Positions 13,081-26,384 of a DNA stretch of 64,000 nucleotides are shown here, piece after piece; position 1 is the first letter of the stretch, and each line of letters opens with the position of its first letter. Source of the stretch: Octopus bimaculoides (taxonomy: Eukaryota); the NCBI RefSeq assembly GCF_001194135.2, contig NC_068981.1, positions 38,624,846-38,688,845 of the forward strand, in the 5' to 3' direction. Below the pieces are notes generated by a model. The model saw only the letters and a program-made list of their open reading frames with translations, had not been told where the DNA came from and did not search any database. The translations under genes and the position numbers were made by a program.

Positions 13081-14524
13081 AAAAATATGTATGAGTATGT
13101 GTGTGTGTGTCTGTCTGTCTGTCTGTGTATCTGTGTATCTGTATATGTATACATATACACATATACATACATGTACATGTGTGTGTGTTTGTGTGTGTGC
13201 ATGGGCACATATTTTAAAACATTTTTTAATGTCTTTATCATTATTTAGTTTTATCTAAAGGACAAGGTCATGATTACACTTTACCTAAGAGTCTGGTTTT
13301 GAAAGATATTTGCCACAAAAAGACAAAAACAACAACAACAAAAAAAACTTTGAATGAAATTCAACCTCTAAATTGAATTATAATTAAGTTAACTTTCAAG
13401 CTACTCTATGATAACAATTAATCTTTATATGGCTTGAAAGAAGAACAACTGATGTACAATTCTTTTCTCAAAATTCAATAAATAGATGATTTTGTATAGG
13501 TCAACTGATAGATTTTCTTTTTGTTAGAGATGAAATTGCCTTCAGCATTTTCCTGATGTTTAGTATATAAGAATATATTTCAATTTGTGAGCATCTATAG
13601 AAAAAATATCATTTCTTGCTAACTGGTAGCCAAATAAACAATGTTATTGATACAGTTTGGAGCATGATAAGTGTATTTTAATCTAAAAGTTTTGTGCTTG
13701 ATAATGATCTTGTAAAAGCAACATCTGTGTTCAGAGCTATGTAATTTTAGCTATATCTTGGTACATTATTTAAAAAAATCAATTTAATTATTATGCATTG
13801 ATTATAGAATGTTCTTTTTTCATTTTTGTTTTTTCCTGTTTGTAAAGCAATTTATCAACTTTCTACATCTGTCTGCATGGTGCAGTTAACTGCTTAGCTA
13901 AGGGAAAAGATTTGTTCCAAATGATTTTTAACTGGCAGATCTAAATACAGAATAATAAATTATTAGTAATGGCAGCAGTATTAATACCAAAGGAAATCTT
14001 TATATCCAACTTAACATGAATGTCTTGTTAGAACACCGAACACTGCATTATTAACCTTGAGAGATGAATGGACTCTGGTACTGTGTAGAAGTTCCTTTGG
14101 TTAGGTTGTGGAAAACTGTATATTCTTGATTGCAACAGGATGTTAAGGACGTTTATGCAGTAATACAAGATTATGGAAGTGGATTCTAGCATAAAATGAA
14201 AATTGTTGACGAAAGGGGTAAATGACAGGAGTTATTTATAGATGAGTGAAGTAATAATATTATAGTTAATGATGCAGGAGTTGCATAGTTCTAGAGTTAA
14301 CTTAATGAATTGAATGAATATTGAACCTCAGTATATCATGCAAAGAAGTTCATTTTTCTGATCCATCTCAGTTTCTGTAGCTATACCACTAAATTGTTGA
14401 TAAAACACATCAGAGTTTAGATTGAGATTGAGATCAGTTACATGAGTGGGTATAATGATGCTAGGTTTAAGAGGTAATGTAGTTCAGCTTGATAGACAAG
14501 TGTAGTGGTTTAGAGTTTAAGAGG

Positions 14525-15900
14525 TTGTTGTAAAGTGGGTTCCTCCTACTAGTGTGATGTGTGACTGCTGTTGTACTGTAGTTGCTGCTACACTAGTCAT
14601 TGGGTATGACTCCTTCATGTATCACCTGTCTGACTATAAGGGTCACTAGACTATAGCCAACACCGCTAGATATTTTAAGCATCTCTGTGGTGATTCCTGA
14701 TAGGCCATGGGCTTTCCCTGTCTTCATACCCTTAATTGTTTTATCTACCAATGTACTGTGAATCCGGATAGCTGGTCCCTTTTTGGGTCGACATTTGGCA
14801 GGGTCTCTTTCTCCCATACATTCTCTTCATTTAGCAACCTTTCATAGTGGCATCTCCAAGTTTCTCTCTTGCTGCCTCATTAAATGCAAGTGAGCCATCA
14901 TTCATGTGGACACTGTTCTTTCCTATGACATCACGATTCTCTCTCACACACTGTCTTGCAACACTTCAAGTCTTTGGTCCTCGTGACGCAAAACATTGGC
15001 AAATATTTTCTTATCTCTAGCTTCCCTTCTGGCAATCTGAAACAATTCCTTGCTATCACTGTTCTTCCAGTCCCTCCATACCTGTTTATTTTACCTAATG
15101 GCCCTGTCAACTACACTGTTCCACCACTACATTACTTTGGGTTGAGAGGGGACTTTGCACCATCCACAGATCTAGTCAGTAGCCCTCAACAGGTTGTCCC
15201 ATAGAAATCTCCTGTTGTCTTCCACATCATGTAATGCTATAGCCTCCTCTATTTCGTCAAAAGCTTCAAGTAATATGTCTCTAAATCTCTGTCCATTCAC
15301 AGGATCTTTAAGCTTTCAAACCCTTCTGGCATCCATTTAGCCCTGATCCCAAAGTTGCTAACTACTAATCTATGTTGTGGAGTGCATTCTTCATCTGGGA
15401 AGGTTTTGGCATTTATAAGTAACCATTTCCTGGTGAGGATGTAATCAATTTGATGAGTGTGTCCACCAGATTGGTAGGTGAATAAGTGACTGGCAGATTT
15501 CCTGAAGTTAGTATTACAAACCATAAGATCATTTGCATCACAGAACTCCAGCAGCCTGGTTCCCTCCTGATTGCCAGAACCAAAACCATAGCCTCCATGT
15601 ACACCACGGAAGCCCCCTGCATGTTGTCCAACATGTTCATTGAAGTCGCCAGCCACAAAGAGAGGGTCCTTGTCATTCGTCAATGAGGTAGTCTGCAAGA
15701 GGGTATCAGAAAATCAATCTTTCTGTTCATCAGGTAGCCCCAGGTGAGGGGCATAAGCTGAGATAATGGTTGCTAACCCATGTTGTAGACTAATCTAATC
15801 TTAAGTATTCTATCACAACTCTGACTACCTTGATTACTTATCAGCCCATTTCTCCACAAGAAGTATACCCATGCCCCCAATCCCATCAGTGTTCCCTGCC
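14525..15900 (-). mobile_element. RTE-clade LINE remnant (APE endonuclease plus linker)
   Basis: SAYAP, LFVAGDFNEHVG, GYGFGSGNQEGTRLLEFCDANDLMVCNTNFRK, QIDYIL, and KGMKTGKAHGLSGITTEMLK. Frameshifts and stops present. Confidence 0.9.
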
Positions 15901-15968
15901 TAGAAAATCTTATACCTATGCTCTTTGCCTGTGAGGACCCTAGCAAAACTTTCTCTCCTTCTTACTTC

Positions 15969-16012
<44 letters not shown>

Positions 16013-16833
16013 ACCCTTGTTTAGACATCTCGTGTTGGTTATAAATAAGTATTATCATTATACAAAAAAGGTTGTTCGTTTCCAGTCTTCTGTGAAAAAC
16101 CTGTCTGGCTATGAGAAAATATATTACCATGCTTGGAAACAGGTTGGGGTTGGCAACAGGAAGAGCATCAAGCTAAAGAAAACTTGCATCAAAAAATTCA
16201 GTGTGACCCATGCAAGCACAAAAAAATTGGATGGTAAATAATGATAATGACACTCTTAGCGTTACTTTAGACAGAAAATTGGATCACAGTGAACTATCAA
16301 AGCAATTCTCTGTGTAAGTCTGTGTTTCAGACAACTACGGTATTGATGTTGCTAGTGGTTTAGTGTTAATATTTTGGCTACTGAGCTTCCATAAACAAAC
16401 CTAGTAAAATAATAGATAGCACATGTTTAATAAGAATAAAGCATTTGATTACCTGCTTTAATAACCACCTTGAACAAAAATACCTAATTAAATTTTATAT
16501 CTAATATATTATTTTATGTGTCAGATTCCTCTTAATTCCCATGAATAATATTTTTTCTGAAGATCTTGTTCGGAATTTTAAATGAATTATCTATACTATA
16601 CTTAATCAAAATCATTTTCTAAATTCATGTTTCCTTTGTATCAATAGTCTTTCTTCATAACTACATGTATATAATGGTTGTATATTTAACAAGTGATAGT
16701 TTTGATTTTGTAATGAAAACATTATAATTAAATTAGAGAAATTAGATATAACAAGGCATTAACATAGGAAATTTCAACATAAAGAATAAGATATACGTCA
16801 GACAATATCTCATAATCAAAATTTTAGTTCATA

Positions 16834-16862
<29 letters not shown>

Positions 16863-16865
<3 letters not shown>

Positions 16866-17174
16866 ACTTGCTTGCCAACCACATGATTCCAGGTTCAGTC
16901 CCACTGCATGGCACCTTTAGCAAGTGTCTTCTACTATAGCTTCGGGCCAACCAAAGCCTTGTGAGTGGATTTGGTAGATGGAAATTAAAAGAAACCCATC
17001 GTATATATGTGTGTGTGTATGTGTGTGTGTGTGTGTGCATATGTTTGTGTGTCTGTATTTGTCTCCTCAGCATCGCTTGACAACCAATGCTGGTGTGTTT
17101 ACGTCCCCATTACGTAGTGGTTCAGCAAAAGAGACCTATACAATAAGTACTAGGCTTACAAAGAATAAGTCCTG
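16863..17174 (+). mobile_element. Abundant tRNA-derived/CORE-like SINE copy, 5' truncated
   Basis: GGTTCAGTCCC B-box, CACCTTTAGCAAGTGTCTT CORE-like motif and an internal (TG)n; related copies elsewhere in the window. Confidence 0.8.
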
Positions 17175-17657
17175 AACAAATATATAGTGTATGTATTTAT
17201 TTGAGGTAAAAAAAAATGACCATCCTGAAGTATAACAACATATATATNNNNNNNNNNNNNNNNNNNNNNNNNNNNNNNNNNNNNNNNNNNNNNNNNNNNN
17301 NNNNNNNNNNNNNNNNNNNNNNNNNNNNNNNNNNNNNNNNNNACTGTTAACCAGCATGGTCAAACTAACACCGTTGACTACTCTCAGCTGACAATTTACT
17401 CAGTTTTTATCTATTGTAATTGGTTACTTCACCTTCAGTCACATGGGGGTGTTCAGGATTCTCCTATAACATATATGTATGTATATATATGTGTGTGTGT
17501 ATGTGTTTGTGTGCGTGCATGCGTGCATGTGTGTTTCTATGTGTGTGTGTATGTAAATATATGTATGTATATATGTATTGATGATACATTCCACTTCTCT
17601 AATTCATATATACAGGAAGATAAATGTGTGTGTGTGTGTGTGTGTGTGTTTGTGTCT

Positions 17658-17723
<66 letters not shown>

Positions 17724-18357
17724 ATACAGAGATATAAAAAATTGAAGACTTATAGCCTTTTATATATCATAATGATTTTACGTTTCAGTGTGAAGTCAAA
17801 TATTAAAATACCAAACAATATCTAATACTCATAGATGTTTTCCTTTAAATAGAATCAATATTGCTGAAGGGCATTTTTGTCACTTCAGCTAAATTGGCAA
17901 CAAGCCCCAAATTTCTAGGTTTGAATATCTGTTGAAAACATCTTCAGATTTATACCCCAAGGGTAGAAAAAGAATTTTCATTAATTGCTTTTGGCTACAT
18001 GGGTATGGAGTAAGCTATGAAGACAAGCTGAAAAACATTGGAATAATTCAAGATCTGCCTATTGCAAAATCTTCTAACCTACCTTTCTTATACTCAGGAT
18101 ATAATTTTTATATTTTTCTTTTTTTATTTCTTTTCTGTATTATCATATGCATTTTCTGATGTATATGGGAATATTTCATAACAGGCAAAAGCCAAATAGT
18201 ACCAATATATATATATATATATATATAAACATGAGCTTTATTGAATGAAAAGAAATATTTGCAACAATGAAGTCAGACAATAGTTTACAATTTATGCAGA
18301 GCAGATAGCATGAACTTTTAACAAAAGAAATATTCATGGTTTTATAATGAAATATAT

Positions 18358-18379
18358 CCTCCTCCTCCTCCTGCTCTTT

Positions 18380-18426
<47 letters not shown>

Positions 18427-18430
18427 TATT
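18358..18430. repeat. (CTC)n/(CAT)n trinucleotide repeat, probably the tail of an RTE 3' end on the minus strand
   Basis: Followed at about 18480-18515 by TTTTACAGCTGGATACCCTTTCTGTTG, the reverse complement of the RTE 3'-UTR motif. Confidence 0.7.
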
Positions 18431-18719
18431 TTATGAGATTTTTTATGTTTCTATTGGCGGGATGTGGCTTCTTGAGGAAGTATTTTACAGCTGGATACCC
18501 TTTCTGTTGTCACCCCTTTGTATTTTTTATTTCAAGTGAGATGCTTTAGTCCATGCATTTGCAGGCCAGACATTTCATTTATGGGAGACTTATACCAGTT
18601 GCCCATACTGAGCTATACACACACACACACACACACACACAGCATCTTGTGACAGATGCTCTTCCTATCATTAACCCTTTAGTATTCTGACTACACTTTA
18701 GTATTCTGCCTGCTGTACT

Positions 18720-20000
18720 GGAGTGAATCCTGGAACAGCACAGAAAGGACCAGTAATAAGATAAATAAGGTCAACACTTGGTATGACAGCAAAAATATCA
18801 GAGTGTTATGTTTGTCAATGCTACTTAAACTAGCATACCTTCTTAGAAAAGGCATTAAGTAAGGCTAATCTATGAATTACAGTAGTAGAGAGGTCTGGTG
18901 CTCCATTGAAATCCCTGATCTGCAATACCTATCCCTTTGATAAGTCCCCCTGTACGAAGTACAATCGTGTTGTATATAGAATGAACCCACGGGTTAACTG
19001 CAATGTTAGGAATGTAGTGTATAACTTTCGATGTACTGAGGGATTGTGCAGAAACATGACAACTACCTACATGGGAGAGACTGCACGCAACATAGGACAG
19101 CATATAGGTTAACATTGGCGAAGGCACAAAGAAGGGAAAAGCTTGTCAGTGCTCTACCAATATGCTCAGGTTGAACATGAAGGCTCAATTAATAGCTTAG
19201 AGGTTAAGGAATTATCAACACAGATCACAGAGGCTACATGCACAGCAGTAGACAGACCGAGCCTCTACAGAAAACATGAATGGAACAGTAACACTCACCA
19301 CCACATCACTAAAGACAGAAGGGATGAGAAGAGAGCGGTAAAAAAAATGGTAAATGATACACAGAAACATACAGGGTAATACACACACAATAGACATATT
19401 TGCACTTACCTGTGATACTTATGAGAAATAGAGATAGATGTATAAAATAAACAAATGTATAAATATATTTGTCACACTCCTGGGATAAATATAATATATA
19501 GATATAGATAAAATAAATAAATAAATCTATATAAAGTCATGGATACATACAATATACAAAGCGACCCCATACACACACAAGAAATTTCACAGATAGCCAC
19601 AACAATGCCAGCAACACGATTAACAATGACAGCAGCAGTAGCAGTGACGACAACTACCACGATGCCAACAACATGGGCGAATACACATGCACAAGAGAAT
19701 AGAGGAACTGTACCATATTTTTCAGGTCTTAGGACAGCAGCAGCACAATGAGATGAGAGGATGGGGTTGCGAGGGGAAGGCCACACTGCAGCTAAAAACT
19801 ATGACTCACACAGAAGCATACACACACACATGCACACACAAACAAGGAAACAAACGCATGTGCTCATAAAGACACTCACCTCAGAAGAACAGAATGGAGT
19901 AATTGGAGCAAGAGCACACATGAAAATGAAATATGTCGCTGAAGAGGTCACAGATGTGTGATGAAAGATTTCCGGACAATGGGCATTAATGAAAATAATA
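18720..20000 (+). mobile_element. Penelope-like element remnant: GIY-YIG endonuclease region plus 3' pseudo-LTR-like region
   Basis: VVERSGAPLKSLICNTYPFDKSPC...NCNVRNVVYNFRCTEGLC...YMGETARNIGQH matches the PLE GIY-YIG pattern CxxxNVVYxxxC..C..YxGET. A hammerhead-like fold lies downstream on the same strand. Confidence 0.75.
19933..19980 (+). ncRNA. Minimal type I hammerhead ribozyme-like motif (decayed)
   Basis: ATGTCG | CTGAAGA | G GTCACA gatg TGTGAT | GAAA | GATT | TC | CGGACAAT. The core is intact, stem II has 6 bp, stem III is a near-palindromic 4-nt segment and stem I is imperfect. Confidence 0.6.
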
Positions 20001-20087
20001 AAATAATAACAGAAAAAAATATGTAGTGCATGTGTTTATTTAACAAAATAAAAAAAAACGATCATCCCAAAATACAACAATACATTT

Positions 20088-20129
<42 letters not shown>

Positions 20130-20133
<4 letters not shown>

Positions 20134-20399
20134 CGGACTGACTGGCTCCTGTGCTGGTGGCACATAAAAAGCACCATCCAAACGTGGCCGATGCCAGTGC
20201 CACCTGACTGGCTTCCATGCTGGTGACACGTAAAAAGCACCCACTATACACTCAGTGTGGTTGGCATTAGGAAGGGCATCCAGCTGTAGAAACATTGCCA
20301 GATCATATTGGAGCCTAGTGGAGCCTCCTGGCCTGCTAGTCCCCAGTCAAACCGTCCAACCCATGCCAGCATGGAAAATGGATGCTAAACGACGATGAT
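20130..20399 (+). mobile_element. Isolated RTE LINE 3'-UTR fragment ending in a (GAT)n-like tail
   Basis: Closely matches 27870-28143, which is contiguous with RTE RT coding sequence. Confidence 0.85.
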
Positions 20400-20402
20400 T
20401 AT

Positions 20403-20443
<41 letters not shown>

Positions 20444-21659
20444 TGTATATATGTATGTATGTATATATATATATGTGTGTGTGTGTGTGTATCTATGAAT
20501 GTGTATTCATTGCCACTATTAAGTTATACATAGCTTGAAATTTTTCTTTGTTAAGGATTATGGCAGAATTAATGTAGATGAGACTGATTATGCAAACATT
20601 ATTCATATCAAATTCTTAGTTCAATTTTCCATCGTTAGAAATATAGCTTTCTATCTTTATTTTGTGAAATAATATTTTAAACAATAGTTCACTAACTACA
20701 ATTGTCAATAATAAACAATACAATAAGCTGATTTTAGCCATGTCAAATGAGAATGTTCAGAAATAATTGTGAAGTGTAAGTCGCAAACAATGCAGCAGAA
20801 AATTTGGCCATGTAAAATCAATGCAAAAATTTTTATTTCCACCTGATTTAATTCAATAAAATTTATTGGGAAGAAGATTTAGCGTACTGATTGATTTTAT
20901 GACAACCTTTTTCTTTTCCTTTCTGTGTGTAAAATTTTAGTAATTTATTAGATTTAATTTATTTCGATCTTTACTTTTGCTATGTTTTATATCCAACTTG
21001 GAAGATTGATATTACAAATAGAGCAAAATATAATTATTTTTTTTTAAAATTTAATTTAGTCTCATGGTAACTATTGTTGGATATTATTTCAATTATAGTT
21101 GAATGCAGAGAAGAGTTATTCATTTTGAAAGGAAGAATAAAATTTACGTATTATATAACTTTCAGCCACAGCATCTATTATCATTAATTGGAGGCAGTAA
21201 ATTATTTCCAAGTAATTTTTTTAACTTTATGAGAAATGAATGCTTATCTAATAAGGTTTATTGTAACTGAAAAAATGCATAAATTTTGATTTATTTTTAT
21301 GAAAATTTATTCCAAATCAGAGAAATGAATGAGGCCAGAAATTATACATCACTTCCTTTTATAATTTCTAATGAGAAATTAAAATTCATCAGAAATCTCA
21401 TTTATGTCATAACAGATATTTAATAGGTTATACACAGAAATTAAATGCCAAACTATTTCTCCAGAGGTCTGCAACTTGCTGGAATTATTTCTCCATCTAC
21501 ACCTTTCCAGCAAACCCCGAGTCTATAAATACTTAAAATGAACATCAGTTGCATCATTCTTATAAGTGCAGGTGGACTTGAATTTATTTAACTTATATAT
21601 GTAAAACTTTCTTCTGAAGATCATCAAATCATTGTCACCACCATTACTATTACCACTGC

Positions 21660-21740
21660 CACCACCATGACCAGTGCAGTCACCACCACCATGACCAGTG
21701 CAGTCACCACCACCATGACCAGTGCAGTCACCACCACCAT
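21660..21740. repeat. 24-bp tandem repeat, about 3.4 copies (CACCACCACCATGACCAGTGCAGT), within CAC/CAT low-complexity DNA
   Basis: Read directly from the sequence. Confidence 0.9.
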
Positions 21741-22707
21741 CACAATTGCCACTGCTGCTGCCATCATCATCATGATCATCATCTTCATTATCATCAGTCT
21801 GTTGTCCATACTGAAGACAGGAACTTTTAATAAGATCTGACTCAGTTTATGATGATGGTGGTGTTGGTGATGATAATTATGATGAGAATACAGTGTGTGA
21901 GAAATCAAAAACTAACATTGAAACATATTTTCCTAGTAACAAAAATGTACCAAATGTCTTATCTAAAATTAAAAATACTTTTGACTCACAACACTTAATC
22001 ATAACAAAGTCTCTTTCAACAGCTTAAAGGCACAGTAACAATATATATCAGGAAAATGGTGGTGTATAGCGAACCATCCAGAGTATTTACATGAGTTTGT
22101 TTGACTTGCAAGAAATGCCAGTCAAATCTCATCCAGCAATCGTATTAGAAGCTCATGCTAGATAATATAGCCTAAGATCCTGAAGAGAAAATTGGACAAG
22201 TCAATAATTCAAAAACCTTTGGTAAATAGCTTTCTTAGTCAGTTCTGACTGATAACAGGCTTTAATGTTGTACTTTACTAGCTCCAGTCAGTTTTAAATA
22301 CATCTAAGGTGACTATAAATGCTAAATATCACCATACAGTGATGTGGCTTCTTCTTCAGTTTCAGAAAATACAGTGATTCACCTAAGTTAGTTGACACCT
22401 CACATTCTCTCTTCTCCAGAAGTGTCTTAATTCTTAGGCCCTAGGTTCATTCTTCTTTAAAACTAATACTGCCTAGAATTCCTTCTCTGCTTATATCTTT
22501 CATGCAGATATCAGCATAAAAATCTTAATAAGCACCATCTACACCAAACATTCTTTTAGGAAGCACTACAAAAGTGATGCAGCCTGCTCTCCTTCTGTTT
22601 CTCATTTTGTCCACGTTTTTTTTGCAACGTCCTGTACCCAGATATGCATCTATATATACATGTAAATATAGGTATGTACATACATGTACGTATATATGCA
22701 TATACTC

Positions 22708-22738
<31 letters not shown>

Positions 22739-22949
22739 CAGGGTTGGCCAAAAGTCACCTGACAGTAAATCAAAATTCCATAAATACTTAATATTCAATT
22801 TTCTTATTTATTCATTCCAATTATGTTTAATATTTGAATGCTGTGAGTTAAAATCACCATTTTTGTTTTTCAATATTTGTTTATTTATTAGCGAAGTCTC
22901 ATATAAAATAATATTTTGTTTTAACCTTGGAATTAAATGGCCAATCTTG
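22739..22949. mobile_element. Tc1/mariner-type MITE of about 211 bp with TA target duplication
   Basis: Left end TA|CAGGGTTGGCCA; right end TGGCCAATCTTG|TA (reverse complement CAAGATTGGCCA, 10/12 match). Non-coding AT-rich interior. Confidence 0.6.
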
Positions 22950-22977
22950 TATACATACATATGTATATAGAAATAGA

Positions 22978-23013
<36 letters not shown>

Positions 23014-23033
23014 GAGGCAGATAGATAAATAGA

Positions 23034-24178
23034 TATTAGGTTTTTAAATTTTTTAAAAGGCTTAATAAAAAATAACAACTAATTAATCAATAATGTAACC
23101 ACCCTTGTTGTTTACAATTTCTTCCCAAAATTCAACAAGATTTTCAATACATCGTTGGTAGAAATCACCCGATTTTGACTCGCAAAATTGATCCAACCAA
23201 GCTCTCAGTAGAATGAAACTCCACGCATAGCATTTGAAAGAGATCGAAAGAGGTGGAAATCTGTTGGTGCCAAATCAGGAGAGTACAGTGGGTGTGACAG
23301 CACTTCCCAGCCATGCGTTTGAATGGCTTCCTTGATCATATTGGCAATATGAGGGTAGGCGTTGTCATTCAGCAGAAGAACTTCATGCTGCCAATTAGGC
23401 CTTTTTCTCTTGAGTAGCTGCGTTTAGTCATTCCATCTGTTGAACATAGGGCTCCACATTGACCATTTGGTTCCTTTCAAGCAATTTGTAATAGATAATC
23501 CATTCCAAATTTGTAATGGATAATCCCTTCTCATCCCCATATGCACAACGTCGTTTTATATGGATGAAGATCTTGTTTCACGCACAGTGTCACTTGTTTA
23601 CCAGGGCTAAGCCATTCCTTATGCTGCTTCATATTGATGTACAGGCACCGTTTTTCATCACCAGTAACGATTCGGTAAAGAAATCGTTGCTTGTGTCTAT
23701 GAGTTGAGCGATGATGAGCAAGCAAACCAGCGGAGATTGTGGCTCATTGATTTTTGTTGTTGTCACTTAAAACATGCACAACCCATGCTCCATACTGGAC
23801 AGCCAGAACAAGGTGTGTCTTTGAGGTCAAAATTTTCATTTTTGAACTTGGCATACCAATCACGCGCAGTTCTTTCAGCTATGGCACCCTCTCCATACAC
23901 AGCACAAATGTCATGAGCAGCTTTTTGCGGCCTTAGAACCTTGATTAAAAGCAAAAAGGAGGTGTCAAAAATGCTTGTTTTTCTTAACTTGACATTCCAT
24001 TTTAATAATCGAAAAATAAACAAAATTAATTAAGATTAAATAGAAAAAAAAAACAAAATAGATTCCAAAATGATTCAAAAATAGAATTCTCACAAAAAAA
24101 AAAAAGATTCCAAAATTAAAAAACGCAATAAATTCCAAAATTTAAAAAAACGGCTGGAACTTAGTTGCCAACCCAATA
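23034..24178 (-). mobile_element. Mariner (DD34D) transposon, pseudogenised; transposase spans about 24000 to 23083
   Basis: MECQVKKNKHF*HLL.., VTGDEK, LLNDNAYPH-(34 residues between Asp 2 and Asp 3)-YSPDLAPTD, and C-terminal IVNNKGGYIID*. Right TIR TATTGGGTTGGCAACTAAGTTCCAGCCG at 24151-24178. Internal deletion, stops and frameshifts. Confidence 0.95.
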
Positions 24179-24890
24179 GATAGATATACGTATGTTATAT
24201 TCCATTAGGAACATGATAAAGTATTTTAGATGTTTCTGTGTTTCTGTCTCCTTTCTTTTATGTTTGTTATTTATTTTGTTTTAATGTTGTTACTGAAAAC
24301 ATACATTATCGAACATATTTACCAAATTATGTTAACCTCATCTTAAATACCATTCCATTTTAGATTATGGTCATTCTGGAGTTAATATAGTGCAAAATAT
24401 ATTGTTGTTGGCTGTATTAGTTGAACTTCGTTTATGGAACTTTTCCAAGTACCATTATTTTTGCCAAAAATATTTCAGAGTCACTTGGCTAGTTCAATTG
24501 TCTGATAACTTTTGATTTGTAGTGACTCCAAAATATCCCAAACAACAATAGTAGTGCTTGAATATTCCCCAAAATCGAAGTTTCTTAACTATTACATTTA
24601 AACTCATCCATAATGTTGTCATTTTTGTAATTATTAAACGTTCTTTTTATAAGTATGAATAGCAAATATGATCCTATTTGTAAACTAACTCAAAGCTGAG
24701 TTAAGATGATTAAACTGTGAAAAATGGCTACATACATCATCATTATCATCATCATCATCATTGGTTTAATGTCCACTTCAAAAATTGGAAATGGAACATC
24801 ACTTATATGATGGTGACACTTGTTTACAACCATCACATGATGCCAATGTAAGGAGTCATTAACACCCAAACATACATATATATGTGCATG

Positions 24891-24937
<47 letters not shown>

Positions 24938-25499
24938 ATACACACACACACACACACACACACACAATGGGCTTCATTCCGTTTCTCTATACCATATTCA
25001 CTCATAAGGCTTTAGGTGGTCTAAGGCTATATTAGAAGACATTTACTCAAACTTCCATTTAGTAGGACTGAACCCAAACCATGCAATTGGGAAGCAAACT
25101 TCTCACTACACAGCCATATCTGTGCCTATAATGTAAATAATTTAGAAACTGTTTTTTTTTGTTGGATTTTTGATATTTTATTTGATATTGTAATGAATGT
25201 TTTTAAAGTAAAATTTTTTATGTATGTTTTCACTTAAGACATTTGCAAACGAAATTCAGCTTTTGTTTCTCAAACTGTTTTGCTTAGAATTGAATGAGAC
25301 AGACAAGTGAAAGAGTCTCTGTGTCAATGACCCGAATCTTAGTATCTGTAGACCCTTGAGAGTATTCAATAATTTAAAAGGCTGCAGTGTTAAATGTATC
25401 AGTACTTAGATGAATGTAATTATCCAGTTACATCTAATTTTTCAATTGAGAAATGAAATGTGTACACAAGTTAATTAGAGTGGTACATTGAGTATACAT

Positions 25500-25805
25500 G
25501 GAGGCACAATGGCCCAGTAATTAGGGCAGCGGACTCGCGGTCGGAGGATTGACGTTTCGATTCCCAGATTGGGCATTGTGTGTGTTTATTGAGCGAAAAC
25601 ACCTAAAGCTCCACGAGGCTCCGGCAGTGGTGGGGGGACCCCTGTTGTGCTCATTCACCCCAAATTTCTCTAACTCTTTCTTCCTGTTTCTTGACTAACG
25701 CTGCAATGGACTGGCGTCCCATCCAGCTAGTGGGGGGGGGAGGACACATACACCATAGAAACTGGGAAACTGGGCCCATGAGCCTGGCTAGGCTTTAAAA
25801 GGTCA
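25500..25805 (+). mobile_element. tRNA-derived SINE with a conserved central domain (Meta/V-like)
   Basis: A box TGGCCCAGTAATTAGG, B box GTTTCGATTCC, GCAATGGACTGGCGTCCCATCCAG...CATAGAAACTGGGA block and an A-rich tail. Superfamily assignment is from memory only. Confidence 0.75.
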
Positions 25806-26384
25806 AAAAAAAGAAAAATTCAGTATTCACACCTTTCCTTGGGACCACTGTTCTATGTAAATAGCTGAACCTGCCAGAAAAAGCTGTTAAATCTTCCTCA
25901 GATTACATTCTTCTTTAAAAAAAGTTAAAGAAACATTAGTTACACTACATTTAAAAGAAAATGGGATGGTCACAGCTAGAATTCCTCAGAGCACAACTCA
26001 GGTCAATCAGGGATGATCTGGAGCTAAACAAGAATTTAGCAAGGATTAAAATCCTTTTCATTTCATCACTTTATAATTGAAAGCAATTTATTTTTGTTGT
26101 TTCAATGACTTTTGTAAGGAGGTGGGGTAGTGCTCATGGTACTTTAATGGGGCCTCCATATGTTGGATGAGATGTCCTTCCCATTACTAACCCTCAGTTT
26201 TTTCCAATTAAGGTAAGAAAACCTCTTGCATGACAATGACCTTCATTTACAACTATCATAAATATCAAGGCAAAGAGGTAGCAAAACACACAAATATATA
26301 TGTATGTATACATGCACAACAGGCTTCTTTCAGTTTCCACTAGTCAAATTCATTCACAAGGCTTTGGTTAGCCCAGGACTATAG

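Noticed and set aside
15715-15740. CTGATGA-ACA-GAAA on the minus strand
   Set aside because: It is RTE coding sequence (PDEQKD) with no stem II.
19410-19417. 8-nt minus-strand micro-exon TATCACAG between a strong acceptor and gtaagt
   Set aside because: It is frame-shifting, lies inside the Penelope remnant and has no supporting partner exons.
25500-25575. tRNA-like A/B boxes here and at 7540-7608 and 28822-28890
   Set aside because: No acceptor stem or full cloverleaf, and each continues into a SINE body, so they are not tRNA genes.
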